From positions 1 through 50,748 of IMG/VR virus record IMGVR_UViG_3300030382_003949: a stretch of 50,748 bases of DNA. One strand, given 5' to 3'. The notes beneath the pieces were generated by a model. That model was not told the DNA's origin. It did no database searches and saw only the letters and a list, made by a program, of their open reading frames with translations. The DNA comes from a virus. Its lineage: Duplodnaviria; Caudoviricetes. Positions 9,300 through 18,803 of this stretch are shown one piece after another (the first letter of the stretch is position 1; each line of letters starts with the position of its first letter). The position numbers were made by a program, and so were the translations under genes.

Positions 9300-9422
9300 A
9301 TGTTAAAAAACGAGATTAAAGTTCTGACTGGATGGATTGGTATTTTGCTGTTCGTTTTGTTTCTGGTCAGCCTTCTTGGATGCGATGGAGGATGGTCTAT
9401 TGGCGGATTGGATATTAAATGA
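9300..9422 (+). CDS. Tiny predicted lipoprotein (40 aa, not in the ORF track)
   Basis: MLKNEIKVLTGWIGILLFVLFLVSLLGCDGGWSIGGLDIK: charged N-terminus, hydrophobic stretch, lipobox-like LLG-C; ATGA overlap with ORF 9419. Confidence 0.55.
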   Translation: MLKNEIKVLTGWIGILLFVLFLVSLLGCDGGWSIGGLDIK

Positions 9423-9739
9423 GTGATGAAGTTAAAACTGCAAGAAGTTATAGGGGTACTGTTGTCGATGACAATGCTATTGTTAGTATTAACATCAAAT
9501 GGCTGGGACAGTTGCTTGTTTTGGTCGGGATGCTTGTTTATGGCTATTGGCGTGTGGAAAGTAGATTGGGGGGTCTTGAAGATAAGATGCTTGATGCTAA
9601 TGAGCAAATTGGGGATTTGCTTGGTAAACACATCGTGGAAGAAAGGGCTGAACGAGAAGAGTTGGCAGAGAAAGTGAATTTTTATGAGAAAGAATTTAAC
9701 ATTAACCCCCTTTCATGGGGTAAACGGAAGAAGAAATAA
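9419..9739 (+). CDS. Single-pass membrane protein with coiled coil (lysis cluster; holin- or spanin-like)
   Basis: TM segment WLGQLLVLVGMLVYGYW followed by a coiled coil. Confidence 0.6.
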   Translation: MSDEVKTARSYRGTVVDDNAIVSINIKWLGQLLVLVGMLVYGYWRVESRLGGLEDKMLDANEQIGDLLGKHIVEERAEREELAEKVNFYEKEFNINPLSWGKRKKK

Positions 9740-10056
9740 TGGAAGAATTTCTGGCAATGTATGCAGAATATGGAATGATTGGCGTGGTAGCCTGCATGTT
9801 CGTGTTCATGGTATATCAAAATGCCAAACGGGCTGAAGAGCAAGGTAAGGCAATCAATGACTTGCAAATCGTAAACAGAGGACAGGAAGAGACTCTGGAA
9901 AATATGGAAGGCATGATCATTAAGCTTATAGAAAGATGGAACCGTTCCGATGAAACCAGAGATCGAAGACATGAAAATACGGTTAAGGAAATTAACGATA
10001 TGTCTGACGTTCTTATGGAAATTAAGGGACAAGTGTCGAGGATTAACGGTAAATGA
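9739..10056 (+). CDS. Holin-like membrane protein (N-terminal TM plus coiled coil)
   Basis: TM YGMIGVVACMFVFMVY; the architecture resembles BhlA-type holins; near the endolysin. Confidence 0.55.
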   Translation: MEEFLAMYAEYGMIGVVACMFVFMVYQNAKRAEEQGKAINDLQIVNRGQEETLENMEGMIIKLIERWNRSDETRDRRHENTVKEINDMSDVLMEIKGQVSRINGK

Positions 10057-10280
10057 AGATTAACGGATCATTCTCGATAGGAAACGTATGGACTATCGCC
10101 ATTACGATTTTGGCTTTGGCGGTTCTGTGGGGTTCCAGTCAAAATAAAATAGATAATTTGGAAAAAGCTATCGAAACGAAGGCTAACAAGGAGTTGGTTG
10201 AAGTCAAGTTTGAATTCATCCAAACTCAACTTTCGGATATAAAAGATTTGCTTGAACCAATATTCGTAAAAACAAAGTAA
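10053..10280 (+). CDS. Single-pass membrane protein with coiled coil (75 aa)
   Basis: TM VWTIAITILALAVLWG. Confidence 0.6.
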   Translation: MKINGSFSIGNVWTIAITILALAVLWGSSQNKIDNLEKAIETKANKELVEVKFEFIQTQLSDIKDLLEPIFVKTK

Positions 10281-10290
10281 AGGATAAATA

Positions 10291-10470
10291 ATGAACATAA
10301 TGAAAATGGTCGCAGATGAATTGTTTTCGGATGAAACTGGAGATGAATTAATTGATGAAATTAATAAAGCCGTTGATATCCCAATTCTATCAGAAAAGAC
10401 CGAAAAAGCCATAATGCAAGCATTGTGGAAACTTGTTAAAGCTGTTATGATGAAGAAACTGGGAGTATAG
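10291..10470 (+). CDS. Hypothetical protein (59 aa, not in the ORF track)
   Basis: SD AAGGA; MNIMKMVADELFSDETGDELIDEINKAVDIPILSEKTEKAIMQALWKLVKAVMMKKLGV fills the gap in the operon. Confidence 0.7.
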   Translation: MNIMKMVADELFSDETGDELIDEINKAVDIPILSEKTEKAIMQALWKLVKAVMMKKLGV

Positions 10471-10473
10471 ACA

Positions 10474-10665
10474 ATGAAACTTATCGTATCAATATTATTG
10501 GTTTCACTTCTTGAAGGATATACGCCTCCTCAACCCGTTCAAACGACAACTGTGATCGTTATGGAAGAGGTGAAGAAGAAGAAGAAGAAGGGAAAAAAAT
10601 CAAAAGGCGGTAAAGGCGGAAAGAAGAAGAAAGGTTTTTTCTCTAAGGTATTCGGCAATAAATAA
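10474..10665 (+). CDS. Signal-peptide-bearing Lys-rich peptide (63 aa)
   Basis: Hydrophobic N-terminus and a C-terminal KKKKKKGKKSKGGKGGKKKKGFFSKVFGNK; TAATG-coupled to the endolysin. Confidence 0.6.
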   Translation: MKLIVSILLVSLLEGYTPPQPVQTTTVIVMEEVKKKKKKGKKSKGGKGGKKKKGFFSKVFGNK

Positions 10666-11063
10666 TGCCTAAATTCGGTAGAAAATCAAGAGGGAAACTT
10701 AAAGGCGTTGATACTAAATTGGTTAACGTCTTGAATGAAGTCGTCAAGTATTTCGATATAATGGTAATTGAAGGATTGCGTTCTCAAGATAGACAGGATG
10801 AACTTGTCGCTCAGGGGAAGAGCAAGACCAAATTCGGAAAACACGTTTTGGGAAAGGCAGTTGATATTGCTCCATATCCATTGGATTGGAATGCAAGAGA
10901 CGACTTTCATTATCTCGGAGGTTTTGTTCTTGGGGTGGCTTCCAAAATGGGAATTAAGATTCGTTGGGGAGGAGACTGGAATGCCTCCAGTCTTTTTAAG
11001 GGACAACGCACTACCAAGGACAACAACTTCGACGATTTGGTTCACTTTGAGTTACTCGATTAA
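10665..11063 (+). CDS. Endolysin, peptidase M15 family (L-Ala-D-Glu/D-Ala-D-Ala peptidase-like)
   Basis: Motifs EGLRSxxRQ, KHxxGKAVD, IRWGGDW and DLVHFEL, characteristic of zinc M15 phage lysins. Confidence 0.9.
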   Translation: MPKFGRKSRGKLKGVDTKLVNVLNEVVKYFDIMVIEGLRSQDRQDELVAQGKSKTKFGKHVLGKAVDIAPYPLDWNARDDFHYLGGFVLGVASKMGIKIRWGGDWNASSLFKGQRTTKDNNFDDLVHFELLD

Positions 11064-13498
11064 TGCCTAAGCAAGTACATTACATTAGAGATTTTTCCGG
11101 AGGCATAAACAGCCAGAGAAATCCTCGAGACATAAGCGACAATCAGACGCCATTCTGTCAAGATGCCATGGGAGACAGAATCGGTATGCTCAGGACTATG
11201 GGCAATGGAGAAGGAGATTTAAGGCAAAAGGGCAACTCCAGTTCTACGAAAGCCGTTTCTACACTTAGTAGTACGGATTTATCTAATGCTAATGGATACG
11301 GATTCAAGCATTATGAACTTGATTATGCCGTAGATGGGTCTGAAGAGGAAGGTGGAGAACATTATTTTGCCGTAGTAAATACGAATGGTAGATTGAGAGT
11401 GTGGGATTATACTAATGATACGTGGGATATTTTACCTCAGAAATATCAAATTACTGGTTCAATAGATGTAACAGGAACGAATACAGCAGTACCCGGTACT
11501 GGAACAGCATTTGATTCTGAAGTTAGTGCACAAGATAATATTATTGTTTCTGGTGAAACAAGAACAATAGCTTCAGTTACAAATGCTACAACAGCAGCAG
11601 TTACGGCTAATTGGGGTAGCGATTTAGCTAATGATACTTCTCCAGATATAAAAAAATCTATCGATTTAGGTGCTGGGACTGATATAAAAGCTAATATAAC
11701 TGCATTCGATAATGGTTTGAGAATATGTGACAGTAATTTAGACAACAGCAGTACTCCTAAATATTTTAAATATATAAAAAGAAGTCAGCTTGGTAGAAAT
11801 AGGGATGGGTTTTATGGAGGTGCAAATACCCTATTGGCACCATCAGGATGTGATTTAGTAACTAGTGCAACATATGAGGATGGTTTAATAAATTTTAAAA
11901 TAACTTCTGAAGATGATGGTGTAGGCTCTTGGAAAAAGACTGATTATGCGTTTGCCTGTTCCTTTGTATACGACGGTAATCAAGAATCTGCATTGGAGGA
12001 GATTTCAACGTCAGGTGGAGATACTCTTGCCGCAGCTGACGTCAATGCAGACAGGCCATGGGTAGTTGCCGTATATGCAGCTAATGCCACTAAAATAACT
12101 GATTATGATGCTCGTATAACTGGTGCCCGCATATATTGGAAATACTGGGATGAAGAGAATGAAAAGGTGGAAGAGGGTGAATGGAATTTACTTGTCGATT
12201 GTGATTTTACTGGGGCTGCAGGAGTAACAAAATCTTTTGGGATCAGAGGAAAATTAAGCGACAGGTTTAAAGATTGGACTATAAGTAGTAATGATGCAAT
12301 TGCCACAATCGTCATACAAGACCCGTCTATTGATACTTATGCGACGATAAATGGATATAGCAGCAATGACGGTAATCTTTATATAGGTAATTCAGGAGAT
12401 GGATACAAGGCTGCCGTGTATGCCAATCGTCGTATGTTCGTGGCCGGTGTAAGAATGACTTTCGAAGATGGGGTACAGAGACAGAAACTGGATAGGATAA
12501 TGTATTCTCCAGTAGGCAAACCAGACGTATTCCCATTGAGCAACTATATTGATATAGTTCAATCGGATGCCGAGCCTTATATTAAATTGGAAGCTGTAGG
12601 AGACAAGTTGTTTGCCTTCAAATCGGATAATCTTTACGTTGCCAATATTGCAGGATATGCTTCAGATTGGTATTTGGAAAGCACCAACAAGGGTATGGGA
12701 GTGTTGTCTGGTGGAGCCGTATTTAGAACTGATTACGGTTTAGTGTGGGTAAATCCCAATGGATTGTACAATTATACTGCCGGTGGAGGCATATCAGAAC
12801 TTACTGAAGATAAGGTTTTAAGCGGATATAAGACGGACAGCTATAGTAAACCATCGTGGGGTAAATTGATAACTGCAGGTACGATCATAGGTTACGATAA
12901 GAAAGAAAAGGAAATTGTCATCGTATTGAATTCTGGTTCAGCAACGAATGATCAGAGTTTTGGTGGAAATGGTGCCGACGTTATTGTTTATGATTTGGAG
13001 ACCAAATCGTTTTTCTTTGGTAAGAATAGATTGTTGAGTGGTGGAATTGCTTCAAATTTCGATTATGATTGGAATGGAGATTTGGTGTATACAACTGAAA
13101 CTAGTGATGTTATAGATATTAAGAAATGGCAGTCCGATGATCAAACTTCCACTGCATTTGTGTATCAAACTAAAGATTTTGATTTTGGACATCCGTCAAG
13201 ATATAAAAAAATATATGCTATTTATTTAACGTACAAACATTCTCATGGAACCGCAGCTTCAAATTTTGTCAAGTATGTGCAAGATGGAGGCACAAGTTTC
13301 ATTACTACTAATTTATCCAATAATAGCTTTGATCAGGCAACCGTTTTTAAAATACAGAAGGTTACTTTTTCTACTCCGTTGAAATGCCAGAGTATTGCAT
13401 TGCAATTCAATGGTGGTTCAAATGCAACTAAAATAGAGATTAATGATATTGGTATTGAATATAGGCTTTTGCCATCAGCTAAAATGGAGGATACGTAA
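11063..13498 (+). CDS. Tail nozzle / DNA-stabilisation-like protein (811 aa)
   Basis: N-terminal DFSGGIN motif, beta-propeller-like composition and C-terminal YQTKDFDFG. Size and position fit a P22 gp10/T7 gp12-type nozzle. Confidence 0.65.
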   Translation: MPKQVHYIRDFSGGINSQRNPRDISDNQTPFCQDAMGDRIGMLRTMGNGEGDLRQKGNSSSTKAVSTLSSTDLSNANGYGFKHYELDYAVDGSEEEGGEHYFAVVNTNGRLRVWDYTNDTWDILPQKYQITGSIDVTGTNTAVPGTGTAFDSEVSAQDNIIVSGETRTIASVTNATTAAVTANWGSDLANDTSPDIKKSIDLGAGTDIKANITAFDNGLRICDSNLDNSSTPKYFKYIKRSQLGRNRDGFYGGANTLLAPSGCDLVTSATYEDGLINFKITSEDDGVGSWKKTDYAFACSFVYDGNQESALEEISTSGGDTLAAADVNADRPWVVAVYAANATKITDYDARITGARIYWKYWDEENEKVEEGEWNLLVDCDFTGAAGVTKSFGIRGKLSDRFKDWTISSNDAIATIVIQDPSIDTYATINGYSSNDGNLYIGNSGDGYKAAVYANRRMFVAGVRMTFEDGVQRQKLDRIMYSPVGKPDVFPLSNYIDIVQSDAEPYIKLEAVGDKLFAFKSDNLYVANIAGYASDWYLESTNKGMGVLSGGAVFRTDYGLVWVNPNGLYNYTAGGGISELTEDKVLSGYKTDSYSKPSWGKLITAGTIIGYDKKEKEIVIVLNSGSATNDQSFGGNGADVIVYDLETKSFFFGKNRLLSGGIASNFDYDWNGDLVYTTETSDVIDIKKWQSDDQTSTAFVYQTKDFDFGHPSRYKKIYAIYLTYKHSHGTAASNFVKYVQDGGTSFITTNLSNNSFDQATVFKIQKVTFSTPLKCQSIALQFNGGSNATKIEINDIGIEYRLLPSAKMEDT

Positions 13499-14436
13499 TG
13501 GCAATCGTATTCAATAAAGCTAAAGCAAATTACGTGGTTCCTGAAGATTCGAGAGGTTCTAGGGCTGGAGGCAAAAGTCGCAATGCCATGAACAGAGTTC
13601 CGTCAGTAGGGAGATTGGAGTCAAGGGACGGCACCGATCTTGATTATTTCGACGACAGCAAGGGAAGCGTGTCTTCCACGAGTTATGGCGGATATAAAAC
13701 TGCCATATCGTCCAGAGTGGAGGATATGGATAGGGTTGAAGATGCAATCAATCCTAGGAGTATGACGAGTCAGAAAGCCAATAGTGCAACTTTCAGGGGA
13801 ATGGTTCATATGGGAGGCATCGGGTTTAGAGCCGTTAAAATTGGTACGGCTGCTCAACCTTCTGCTAAATATGTATCATCAGAAGTTCTTTATCTTGATG
13901 GAACTCTTGGAGGTGAGATTGCCACGTTTATAAGAACTGATGATGATTTGCTTATCAGCAGAATTGTTGTTGATCAAACCGGACAATTTCTTTCTTCTAT
14001 GGTTATATTGGAATCTGGTGATGGTGATTGGACTTTGGATTGTGCAGGTAGTGGCAGTATTAATGATGATATAAATATGGATTCCGATGATATATTGTAT
14101 AAAAATCTTGATGGCAGCAATCAATTTACCATACCGTCTGGAGGCAGGGTATTTTTAACTCAGAGTTCTCATGATTGGAAAGTTCAATCAGTTTCAAGTT
14201 ATGGAGGTTTGGACGTTCAGTTTAGTGGAGGTTCCATAACTTTAACCAATAGTTCATCTCCTTCAGTAGTGGCCGATGAAGTTTCATTGGCATCCAGCGA
14301 TGCATCATCCGGAGGTGCCATATTGAATATATCACAGGAGAATGCTCCTGCGTCAAGTACAACTTGGGCTATGAGTCATAGGGTAAAGGTAAAAATAAAC
14401 GGTACTGAATATTATTTGGCATTAGATGCTGTATAA
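13498..14436 (+). CDS. Putative tail-associated structural protein (312 aa)
   Basis: Coupled to the nozzle-like gene; C-terminal VKINGTEYYLAL beta-hairpin of the kind seen in fibre/spike proteins. Confidence 0.55.
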   Translation: MAIVFNKAKANYVVPEDSRGSRAGGKSRNAMNRVPSVGRLESRDGTDLDYFDDSKGSVSSTSYGGYKTAISSRVEDMDRVEDAINPRSMTSQKANSATFRGMVHMGGIGFRAVKIGTAAQPSAKYVSSEVLYLDGTLGGEIATFIRTDDDLLISRIVVDQTGQFLSSMVILESGDGDWTLDCAGSGSINDDINMDSDDILYKNLDGSNQFTIPSGGRVFLTQSSHDWKVQSVSSYGGLDVQFSGGSITLTNSSSPSVVADEVSLASSDASSGGAILNISQENAPASSTTWAMSHRVKVKINGTEYYLALDAV

Positions 14437-14481
14437 TGGAGAAAGATTTAAAATGAACAAAAATTTAACAATCTGTTGGGA

Positions 14482-14510
14482 TTGCAATCTTATCAGCTTT
14501 ATATTAAGCT
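14482..14510 (+). promoter_or_regulatory. Candidate sigma70-type promoter
   Basis: TTGCAA-17 nt-TAAGCT upstream of ORF 14550. Confidence 0.35.
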
Positions 14511-14549
14511 TGTATTATTCCATCACAATTTATAGTATGGAGCTTTAAA

Positions 14550-16340
14550 ATGGCATATATACCGGGAGCATCAGGCCAAGCTTATAGTTTAGGTTTGAAT
14601 CGTAAAATACAAGATACTCAAGGCGATCTTATGAGAAAGGCTAGGTCTCTTTCTAGGCATCAATCTAAAAGAGGGATTTTTGGTAAAATAGGAGGAATGT
14701 TGGGTTCTGTTGCGTTACCTGCTCTTCTTGGTGGTACTATGGGCCCTGCCGGAATGTTGTTGGCAAAAGCTGCTGGTAGTGGTCTTGGCACTTTTTTGGG
14801 TGGTAAAGCCGCTGGGTCGGGGCCGTCTGTAGATCAATCCGATGAAGGTCTTTTGGGTTCTCAGTATAAGATGTTGCAAGATATAAAGGGTGGACAAGAC
14901 CAAGATTTAATTGGGGCATCATTTGGAGCAGGTATGGGCAGTCTTGCTTCTGGACTGACATCCGCGGCAGGTCAAAAACTACTTGGAGATAAATTAAAAT
15001 CTGTTTTTGGTAAAAGAATGGCTGGAAAAACTGGTATAAGCGGTTTTGAAGGTACTCCAATGAAAAGTGTCTTTGGTCTTGATCCTACTGGAGCAGAAAG
15101 ACTTTCTCCCGGAATGCAATCATTTTCACCTAGCAGCAGAGCTGGTATGGCAGGATATAGCGGATTTACTCAACCATCTCAATCTTTTAGTTTTGGACAA
15201 ACGGGAGGAGGGTCTGAAGAATTAGCACAATTTGTTCAACCTGATAAAGACCCTACAAGTTATATTGATAGATATATGAATGAGAAAAAATATAAAAAAT
15301 GGTTCGACAAAAATTATGGAGACAAATATGCAAATATTGCCGAAGCAGTTGGAGGGGACGTTAGCGATATTCAACGTCTTTCTCCTCAATCTTATAAAAA
15401 TACTTTTGGTTTAAACGCCATACCACAGATGTTTGAAGAGGGAGATTTTCGAAATCCTCTTCGTTCATCAAAGTGGTTTACTCCTAAATCCGGGTCTGAA
15501 TTGTCCGGAATGCAGGAACGATTAAGAGGGATGGCTGGTGAGGGTGGTCTTTTTGATCCAGAGACGGGTGATCCTATAGAATTGACAGGAGAATCAATGT
15601 CTGGACGTATGAATGAAGGAGTTGGTGGACTACTAGGTTCTCTATTTAATCCTTTTCATGAAACGGAGAGAGAAGCACCTAGAAGTAGATTGACAGGACT
15701 TACTATAGGAGATTCTTTTGATCCTGATTTAGAAGAGATAGGAAAACAAGATTCTATAGAGCAATATTTGCAAAGCCTGCAAGGTATGCAAATGGGAGGA
15801 ATGACTGGAGTGTCTAATCCATTGCCGTATCAAGTTGGAGGCCTTTCTGAATCAGTAGAAGGTTTCGATTCTCCAATGGTAGATATGGATAGGATTCTTG
15901 CAATGAGTAAAATTAGAAAGGGTATGTCTCCTGAATCCAGAGAAAAAGTTGATCTTGGCCAAGCTAGTATTGTACCGCCTAGACGTAGAAGTTATGGTGA
16001 TAGGGTGTTAGAGAGAAATAGAAATTTAAGGGAACAACATGGTGATATGGATTTTAGCGATATAATGGGTAAGTACTCTTCAGATCAATTAATAGATATG
16101 ATTCCCGGATATCAAATGGGCGGTATGGGAGGTATGCCCGGAAGACGGATGCCTCAAATGATGGGTCAGTCGATGGGACGGATGCCTCAGATGGGAGGCC
16201 CAATGCCTCAGATGCCTCAGAAACCGATAGCTCCTATTGGAAGACCCACTCCTTATAATATAGGTGGTTCAGTATCCAATCAGCCTCTTTCATATCAGAT
16301 GGGCGGTATACTTAAATACAAAAGGAGTCCATTCGCATAA
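14550..16340 (+). CDS. Putative internal virion/ejection protein (596 aa)
   Basis: Gly/Ala-rich hydrophobic N-terminal segments typical of pilot/ejection proteins; low-complexity M/Q/G/P C-terminus with repeated Q-x-GG motifs. Confidence 0.65.
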   Translation: MAYIPGASGQAYSLGLNRKIQDTQGDLMRKARSLSRHQSKRGIFGKIGGMLGSVALPALLGGTMGPAGMLLAKAAGSGLGTFLGGKAAGSGPSVDQSDEGLLGSQYKMLQDIKGGQDQDLIGASFGAGMGSLASGLTSAAGQKLLGDKLKSVFGKRMAGKTGISGFEGTPMKSVFGLDPTGAERLSPGMQSFSPSSRAGMAGYSGFTQPSQSFSFGQTGGGSEELAQFVQPDKDPTSYIDRYMNEKKYKKWFDKNYGDKYANIAEAVGGDVSDIQRLSPQSYKNTFGLNAIPQMFEEGDFRNPLRSSKWFTPKSGSELSGMQERLRGMAGEGGLFDPETGDPIELTGESMSGRMNEGVGGLLGSLFNPFHETEREAPRSRLTGLTIGDSFDPDLEEIGKQDSIEQYLQSLQGMQMGGMTGVSNPLPYQVGGLSESVEGFDSPMVDMDRILAMSKIRKGMSPESREKVDLGQASIVPPRRRSYGDRVLERNRNLREQHGDMDFSDIMGKYSSDQLIDMIPGYQMGGMGGMPGRRMPQMMGQSMGRMPQMGGPMPQMPQKPIAPIGRPTPYNIGGSVSNQPLSYQMGGILKYKRSPFA

Positions 16341-17272
16341 TGGCTGGTTATTCCAAATATAGTAGGGCACCGGGAGACAGCATATTGGCTCTTTTGGAGC
16401 CGGGAGAATACGTTCTCAACCGCAATGCCGTAAATGAAATCGGTAAGGAGAATCTTGACGATATAAATTTTGAAGACGTTCCAAGATTCAACATGGCTCA
16501 GCGTCAAGTTGGAGGAATGCTTGGAGATGTGATTGGTATGCAGTCCGGAGGGGCTTGGGAAGAGATGGAGTCTCGGCGATCAGAAAGTCCTAACATACCA
16601 TCATTTGGCGGTTTGTGGGATCGGGCTCAAGATGAACTAGCTCCTGCACCTCCTACACCTCCTACATCTCCTGATTATGGTGGATATCAAGCTCCAGAAA
16701 CTGGTTTTGAAGATTTATATGAGTTTTATGGTATGAAGCCTACTGATAAACAAAAAGAAGATTTTGAAAAGCAATATGCATACGATCCAAGTAGAGAGGC
16801 TCCTTTATTCGAACAATATCGGGCAGGATTAGAGACTGGGAGAGAGGCAGCTGGGGCAGGGGCCGGAGAAGCTCGTCAAGCAGCTGGGCAAATGGGAAGA
16901 GGATTTGCAGGTGCCGGTACAAGAGGAACGGCAGTTCAAAAATCTCAGGAATCGATGTATGATGCTTATTCGGAACAGCGTCGACAGGCTCAATCAACTT
17001 TAGGTCAACAGCTTAGAGGAGAGAAGGAAGATTGGATGAAGCAGGCAGGAGCAGGGTTAACTGCTTTGCAATCAGCCGAAGGAACTCAGCAATATGGTGC
17101 ATCTGAAGACCCGACTGGAACTGAGTATGAGTTCCAAGAAGGCAGAGATATAATGCCTCCCAGTAATCCGACTCATGGACAGGCTCATGTATATTGGAAT
17201 GATTTCAAGGTTTATTGGAATGAAAAGACTCTTGCTTGGGATAAACGTACACCATCTTATTATGGAATGTAA
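16340..17272 (+). CDS. Putative internal virion/ejection protein (310 aa)
   Basis: N-terminal DSILALLEPGEYVLNRNAV motif, Q-x-GG motifs, Ala/Gly/Gln-rich helical region. Confidence 0.65.
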   Translation: MAGYSKYSRAPGDSILALLEPGEYVLNRNAVNEIGKENLDDINFEDVPRFNMAQRQVGGMLGDVIGMQSGGAWEEMESRRSESPNIPSFGGLWDRAQDELAPAPPTPPTSPDYGGYQAPETGFEDLYEFYGMKPTDKQKEDFEKQYAYDPSREAPLFEQYRAGLETGREAAGAGAGEARQAAGQMGRGFAGAGTRGTAVQKSQESMYDAYSEQRRQAQSTLGQQLRGEKEDWMKQAGAGLTALQSAEGTQQYGASEDPTGTEYEFQEGRDIMPPSNPTHGQAHVYWNDFKVYWNEKTLAWDKRTPSYYGM

Positions 17273-17286
17273 CCAACTCAATAAGA

Positions 17287-17315
17287 TTGCAAAACAAAAA
17301 TAATAATATTATAAC
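17287..17315 (+). promoter_or_regulatory. Candidate sigma70-type promoter
   Basis: TTGCAA-17 nt-TATAAC upstream of ORF 17327; same GATTGCAA context as at 14480. Confidence 0.35.
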
Positions 17316-17326
17316 AGGATTTAATT

Positions 17327-18787
17327 ATGGGAAAATATGACGTAATAAGACAAGGATCGATCAATCTCGTTCATCCTGATCCTTGGGGCACAGCCTTGGA
17401 GGTGTTCGACAATGAAATGGAAAGGCACGACAAAAGACAGGTGCGAGCCGAAGCTCAAGAAAGATACGATGAAGAGCAATTTAAAGAACAAGAAAGATAT
17501 GATGAAGCACAATCCATAGCGGCTCAAGATCGTCTTACAGAAGAAAGCAGATATGATGAACAACAAGATATAGCGGCTCAAGATCGTGCTACAGAACAAA
17601 GCAGATATTCCGATCAACAAGATGCAGAGAGTAACCGGATTAAGAGAGACAATTGGGATTTTATGTATGAAGAAGCTGAGAATGATGCCCAACGATATGC
17701 AATTTATAAAGATGGATTAACACATGCAGTACCCGGATTAACACCGGGAGTATTGAATACTCGCAAAAACGCAATGATGGAAGAAGAACGATTGGAATTG
17801 ATGTTAGATAAGTATAATCAGGGTAGTCCTGATTACAAGAATCAGCATGGGCCTGCATTAATATCCGCTTTAATAAAAAACAATAAACCTGTACTATACG
17901 ATACAATAAATAAAGATTATAAGGAAATTGAATCAGAAGTTCAAAATGCGGAATTAATTGGTTTGATATCGACTGCATATCCTGACGTGATTACAGAGAA
18001 AACAAAGTCTTGGATAACTCAAGCAGGAGTTTTAAGCGATAAACAACTGGATATGGTTAAGTCTATGATTGAAGCCAATTTAGAATCAAAACAATATAGT
18101 GTGGAACGAAAGGCAGACCTTATTAACAGTATTATGACTATGTCTCCACCTGATGATACAGCTTCACGAAAGGTAATAGATACTCACCATAATCTGCAAG
18201 CGCTTGCAGCGACTATGCTTTATGAGTTGGAGGGGAGAGGAAAAAAAGGAGAACTTGAACCTGAACCCTATCCCACGTATGAAGACTATGAGACACGGAT
18301 ACCAGAAGATAGCTCTTACAATCAACTACGTAGCGAAAAAAGAAAACAAAGGATATTCAATGATGCAGTTAGAGCAAATCCTGAAGAATGGGAGAGGATG
18401 AGTAAAGAAGAACGAAAGGAAGCCGGTGATAAAATACTGAAAACAATCGAAGAAAGAGAATATACAGCAAGGCCTAAGGAAGAAGGAATAAGCCCCACTA
18501 CCGGAGTAAGATATGACGTTGATTTTGTTGAAAGATATTCAATGGAGGGGATTACTGAAAAAATGATTACTGAAAAAGTAAATTCTTTAATGAAGAAGAT
18601 TCCTAAGAAACAGCGTACTGATATAACGAAATCTAGAATGAGAGAACAAGCAATAAAATTATTAAAAGATGAAAGAACTAATCAATATGTAAAACAATTA
18701 AAAGCTCTGAAATCAGAAGAAAAACGATTAGCAAGAGAAAAAAGAGGAATATCCCTATCTAAAGAAACTGGTAGAAGATGGCAATAA
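17327..18787 (+). CDS. Putative internal virion/ejection protein (486 aa)
   Basis: Highly charged and helical, with N-terminal RYDE repeats; located in the ejection module. Confidence 0.6.
   Translation: MGKYDVIRQGSINLVHPDPWGTALEVFDNEMERHDKRQVRAEAQERYDEEQFKEQERYDEAQSIAAQDRLTEESRYDEQQDIAAQDRATEQSRYSDQQDAESNRIKRDNWDFMYEEAENDAQRYAIYKDGLTHAVPGLTPGVLNTRKNAMMEEERLELMLDKYNQGSPDYKNQHGPALISALIKNNKPVLYDTINKDYKEIESEVQNAELIGLISTAYPDVITEKTKSWITQAGVLSDKQLDMVKSMIEANLESKQYSVERKADLINSIMTMSPPDDTASRKVIDTHHNLQALAATMLYELEGRGKKGELEPEPYPTYEDYETRIPEDSSYNQLRSEKRKQRIFNDAVRANPEEWERMSKEERKEAGDKILKTIEEREYTARPKEEGISPTTGVRYDVDFVERYSMEGITEKMITEKVNSLMKKIPKKQRTDITKSRMREQAIKLLKDERTNQYVKQLKALKSEEKRLAREKRGISLSKETGRRWQ
17495..17623 (+). 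repeat. Imperfect 54-bp (18-aa) tandem repeat within ORF 17327
   Basis: RYDEAQSIAAQDRLTEES / RYDEQQDIAAQDRATEQS / RYSDQQD; ATAGCGGCTCAAGATCGT occurs twice. Confidence 0.8.
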
Positions 18788-18803
18788 AATTGGATTCTAA
18801 TAA

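Noticed and set aside
9254-9319. 21-aa ORF MNNRSTSYDIPVRYVYVKKRD
   Set aside because: Too short, with a weak SD; it may be real but cannot be supported from this sequence alone.
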